Shown here: piece after piece, positions 47,961 to 51,245 of the stretch
Position numbering within the stretch: the stretch's first letter is position 1
Layout of the letters: every line of letters starts with the position of its first letter
Source of the DNA: a bacterium
GTDB lineage: Bacteria > Bacillota_I > Bacilli_A > RF39 > UBA660
Length of the DNA stretch: 51,245 nucleotides
Assembly: GCA_030531425.1 (NCBI GenBank)
Contig: JAUNNO010000003.1
Span: forward strand, 1-51,245
Direction: 5' to 3'
Made by a program: the position numbers and the translations under genes
The notes under the pieces: model-generated
Told to the model about the DNA's origin: nothing
Databases searched by the model: none
Seen by the model: only the letters and a program-made list of their open reading frames with translations

Positions 47961-48573
47961 TTTTCAAATTCTCTTCTGCTTCTGTTAATTTTAAATAATT
48001 GGGATTTAAATTATGTGGATTAACACCTAAATCAGTTAAATGTTTTCCTACTATTTTTAATATATCCACCTTTGGTTTAATAATATTTTCAATATCAAAT
48101 TCATCATTTGATACAAAACTGTAATCAGAATTTAAATCTTTAATTAACAATTCTAAATTAATTAAACTATCTTTTTTTATTACATTAAGATTATTATCAT
48201 ATATTCCAGCAAATACATTTCCTCTTCTAGCATCTATTAATGGAACTATATACTTTTTAGAAGTTTGTGTGGTTGCTAAAAATTCTAAACTAGATATAGG
48301 AATTATTTTCTTTTTTAAAGCCCAAGCTATAGTCTTTCCAACTGTAACACCTATTCTAATCCCAGTAAAAGAACCTGGTCCATTAACAACAAAAATATTA
48401 TCTATATCGTTAATAGTAAAATTTATTTTATTAAATCCTTCATATATTATAGGCATAATTTTAGATGATGCGTCATTTATTATTTTATCTTCATAATTAT
48501 ATAAAATATTATTATCCTCTAAAATTGCTATATTAACAAAAGAAGAAGTTGTATTTAAAAATAAACTTCTCAT
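47953..48573 (-). CDS. tsaB: TsaB
   Basis: GPGSFTGIRIG, IDARRG. Confidence 0.95.
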   Translation of the reverse strand: MRSLFLNTTSSFVNIAILEDNNILYNYEDKIINDASSKIMPIIYEGFNKINFTINDIDNIFVVNGPGSFTGIRIGVTVGKTIAWALKKKIIPISSLEFLATTQTSKKYIVPLIDARRGNVFAGIYDNNLNVIKKDSLINLELLIKDLNSDYSFVSNDEFDIENIIKPKVDILKIVGKHLTDLGVNPHNLNPNYLKLTEAEENLKND

Positions 48574-49022
48574 AATACTGCCTCACATAACTCCTCATAT
48601 TTTTCACCATATGGTGTTATTATCAAAACTCTTTTATTTTCATCTATTACTTTAAACTTAATTTCTAATCTTTCATCTGGCAATATATCCTTAATTGTTT
48701 TAGCCCATTCTATTACAACAATTCCACCTTTAGTATAATATTCTTCTATATTAACGCCTGTTGTATTACCATCTAATCTATAAACATCCATGTGATATAG
48801 AGGCATTTCTCCATCTAAATATTCTTTAATAATTGTAAATGTTGGAGAAGTTATACTTTCTTCTATTCCAAGACCATTTGCAAGACCTTTTGTGAAAACA
48901 GTTTTTCCACTTCCAAGTTCTCCATCTAGACAAATAACCATATTTTCAAACTTTTCTGCTTCTATATTTTGAGCTAATTCTATAGTTTCTAATTCACTAT
49001 GAGTTGTAATTTTATATTCCAT
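48570..49022 (-). CDS. tsaE: TsaE ATPase
   Basis: GELGSGKT, SPTFTI, HMDVYRL, IEWA. Confidence 0.96.
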   Translation of the reverse strand: MEYKITTHSELETIELAQNIEAEKFENMVICLDGELGSGKTVFTKGLANGLGIEESITSPTFTIIKEYLDGEMPLYHMDVYRLDGNTTGVNIEEYYTKGGIVVIEWAKTIKDILPDERLEIKFKVIDENKRVLIITPYGEKYEELCEAVL

Positions 49023-49106
49023 TTAAATCACCATTATTATTATAGCATTAATAATTATATTATTACAATATAAATTTTATTTTTATAAAAAAAAGACCGA
49101 AGTCTT

Positions 49107-49550
49107 TTATATACATTCTACATATGTATCAGGTAAACATCTAAGTACACAGCAGCAATTTAAATTCATTGTAAAAAATGAATTAGTTGCTACATAAGGA
49201 TAAATAGATGTTGTATCAGGATTTTCTTGAAGTACTCTAAATGTTGCACAACATCCATCTATTTTTTCTACTCTAAATACATTAGAACAAACTACACCAT
49301 CATCACCACATACTACATTTTCTCTTGTTGTTGGCATACTCCAAGGTACTCCATTTCCACAGCAAGTGTATAATATAACTGGTCTAGTGTTACAACCTAA
49401 AGTTGTAGTCCCACAGCCTAAAAATCCTCTATCGCAAGTTTCTAAACAAGTGTCTCCACAGCAATTTGCATTTTGTTGTAATACATTTATTACTGTAAGG
49501 ATTTCAGCTATGCAACGGCAGTTATCGTTATCTGTATTATTATTACACAT
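49107..49550 (-). CDS. CotY/CotZ-family Cys-rich spore coat protein
   Basis: CIAEIL..I..LQ, NTRP, FRVEKIDGCCATFRVL, NLNCCC..RCL. Confidence 0.82.
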   Translation of the reverse strand: MCNNNTDNDNCRCIAEILTVINVLQQNANCCGDTCLETCDRGFLGCGTTTLGCNTRPVILYTCCGNGVPWSMPTTRENVVCGDDGVVCSNVFRVEKIDGCCATFRVLQENPDTTSIYPYVATNSFFTMNLNCCCVLRCLPDTYVECI

Positions 49551-49692
49551 ATATAATCCACCCTTTCATTATTTCTATAATAATGTATTCGCAAATTAAT
49601 AAAAGGTGTAAATTATTACCCATTTTTAAATAATTAGTTTTAATTATTGATTAATTTCTATTTTTTTTGTAAAATTAATTTAGGAGTGTATT

Positions 49693-50586
49693 ATGGAAAA
49701 TAATAATGATTGTATAAAAGATCGAGAAGATTATGTTATATGTGAAAAAAACGGGATAAAAATAACTGCAAGACAACTTCAATTAGAAGGATTAACTATA
49801 ATGGATGAAATTCATAGAGTATGTGAAAAAAATAATATAAAATATGCTCTTATTGCGGGAAGTGCGTTAGGGATTGTAAACTATAAGGGTTTTATTCCTT
49901 GGGATGATGACATTGATCTTTGTATTCTAAGGAAAGATTGGAATAGATTTATTGATGCTTTGAATAAAGATTTATCTGATAATTTCTATTTTCAATGCTT
50001 TGAAAATGACAAAAATTTTAATACAATAAATGGCCCTACGATGAAAATAAGAAAAAAAAATACTTATATTAAAGAATCAAATTTTCTCTTAAAAAACAGA
50101 TGCAAATCTGGCGATGGTATTTTTGTAGATGTAATAATATATGATAATGTAAATGAAAATAAATTTATTGATGAATTATGTAGAACAGTTATCAAAATAA
50201 TTATGCCTTTTATTGTATTTTTGGATAATTTACACATAAATCCAATTCATTTAAAAAAATTTGTTGTATGGTTTTCCAATATTTATTCTAGAAAATGTGA
50301 AAATAGTAAACTCATGAGTCAACCAATTTCAGTTCCATGGGAAAAATTTTTACACGAGCCAGTATTCTTAAAAGAAGATATACTTCCATTTAAACTATAT
50401 GATTTTGAAGGTAGAAAATATTATTCCTATAATAACATTGAAAAAATATTAAAAGAGTGGTATGGCCCTAATTGCCTAAAAAAATGGGATGGCGAAAAAT
50501 GGATTGAACCATATCCTATCGAAAAGAGAAAGCCAAAGCACACCGTTGATTTGAATTTGAATGGAAGTGATGCCATTGAAAAATAA
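49693..50586 (+). CDS. licD: LicD family phosphotransferase
   Basis: GSALG..KGFIPWDDDID. Confidence 0.9.
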   Translation: MENNNDCIKDREDYVICEKNGIKITARQLQLEGLTIMDEIHRVCEKNNIKYALIAGSALGIVNYKGFIPWDDDIDLCILRKDWNRFIDALNKDLSDNFYFQCFENDKNFNTINGPTMKIRKKNTYIKESNFLLKNRCKSGDGIFVDVIIYDNVNENKFIDELCRTVIKIIMPFIVFLDNLHINPIHLKKFVVWFSNIYSRKCENSKLMSQPISVPWEKFLHEPVFLKEDILPFKLYDFEGRKYYSYNNIEKILKEWYGPNCLKKWDGEKWIEPYPIEKRKPKHTVDLNLNGSDAIEK

Positions 50587-50714
50587 AATAATCAATTACT
50601 GTCTATTATTAAGTCTACTATTCATATTTCTTTCTATTATATTATTTGAACAAATAAGTTTTTGGTTTCTTGGAATAGGAATATCAATAATAGGAATTAT
50701 AATTTTATATATAA

Positions 50715-51245
50715 TCAATCATTAAACATATGATTGATTTTTTTTGTTATTATGATACCACTTATTAATAAAAACATTCCTATAATTAAATCATATATAT
50801 CATAATTACAATTAAATGTCTTTAATCCCATTATGATTATAGATGATATACTAAATCCTAATATAGCACTATAAGTTTTAGATTTATAATTATTAAACAA
50901 ATAATTAATTAATTTTGATGTTAAAATTATCCCTATAAATACTCCAATAAAAAAAGGAAATAATACAATGATATTTTTATATAACAAATTAATATTTAAT
51001 ATACTTGCAAAAGACTCTAAGACTTTTCCATAACAGCCTAACATCATTAGTATAGCAGTACCACTTATACCAGGCACTATCATCGTAAATGCATCTATAA
51101 CCCCTACAATTATATAATAAATAAAATTTATAATTTTACTATCAAATTCTATATTATTATTAATATTTAATAATGAAAGCAAAAACAATACAATAATTAT
51201 TATTAAAGATATATACCTATCTTTTTTTTCTATTTTTTTATCTAT
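50715..51245 (-). CDS. DUF368-like membrane protein, 3' part (5' end outside the window)
   Basis: MIVPGISGTAILMMLG, multiple TM segments. Confidence 0.8.
   Translation of the reverse strand: MDKKIEKKDRYISLIIIIVLFLLSLLNINNNIEFDSKIINFIYYIIVGVIDAFTMIVPGISGTAILMMLGCYGKVLESFASILNINLLYKNIIVLFPFFIGVFIGIILTSKLINYLFNNYKSKTYSAILGFSISSIIIMGLKTFNCNYDIYDLIIGMFLLISGIIITKKINHMFND

Noticed and set aside
807-49599. Short antisense ORFs in the track (e.g. 807, 2067, 8112, 22143, 24382, 24680, 28484, 33018, 36534, 38486, 39616, 39874, 43202, 45096, 48269, 49366)
   Set aside because: They overlap well-supported genes on the opposite strand and lack an RBS or motifs.
1-51245. CRISPR array or cas genes
   Set aside because: No regularly spaced repeat-spacer series and no Cas motifs seen.

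Overview
Very AT-rich chromosomal window, code 11, probably from a reduced-genome Bacilli lineage (RF39-like is my guess from gene content). Core genes include ssb, sufB/sufU, spoVS, tRNA-Gly, metK with a SAM-I riboswitch, infC-rpmI-rplT, tsaE-tsaB-rimI-tsaD, a CotY/CotZ-like gene and licD. Two complete integrated elements are visible. (1) A 5,750-bp filamentous-phage (inovirus-like) prophage sits in the 3' end of tRNA-Gly(TCC). It has a tyrosine integrase, a pMV158-family rolling-circle Rep with its nick hairpin, an ssoA/RSB-like origin that looks circularly permuted, a Zot/pI ATPase and a set of small coat-like genes, three of them missing from the ORF track. (2) A 16.3-kb mobilisable element (large serine recombinase, MobV relaxase, AAA helicase, sortase B surface module) splits an ABC-transporter ATPase gene in its LSGGMRQ|RV signature; precise excision would restore a 246-aa ORF. 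Also present: a candidate type I toxin-antitoxin locus, two TGT..ACA MITEs, decayed att remnants downstream of the tRNA, and an L20-Rho_N fusion. The least explained pattern is a 33-nt palindromic segment found in the same codon register inside two Bro-N genes and as two orphan non-coding variants flanking one of them. All family assignments come from motif recognition by eye, not database searches.
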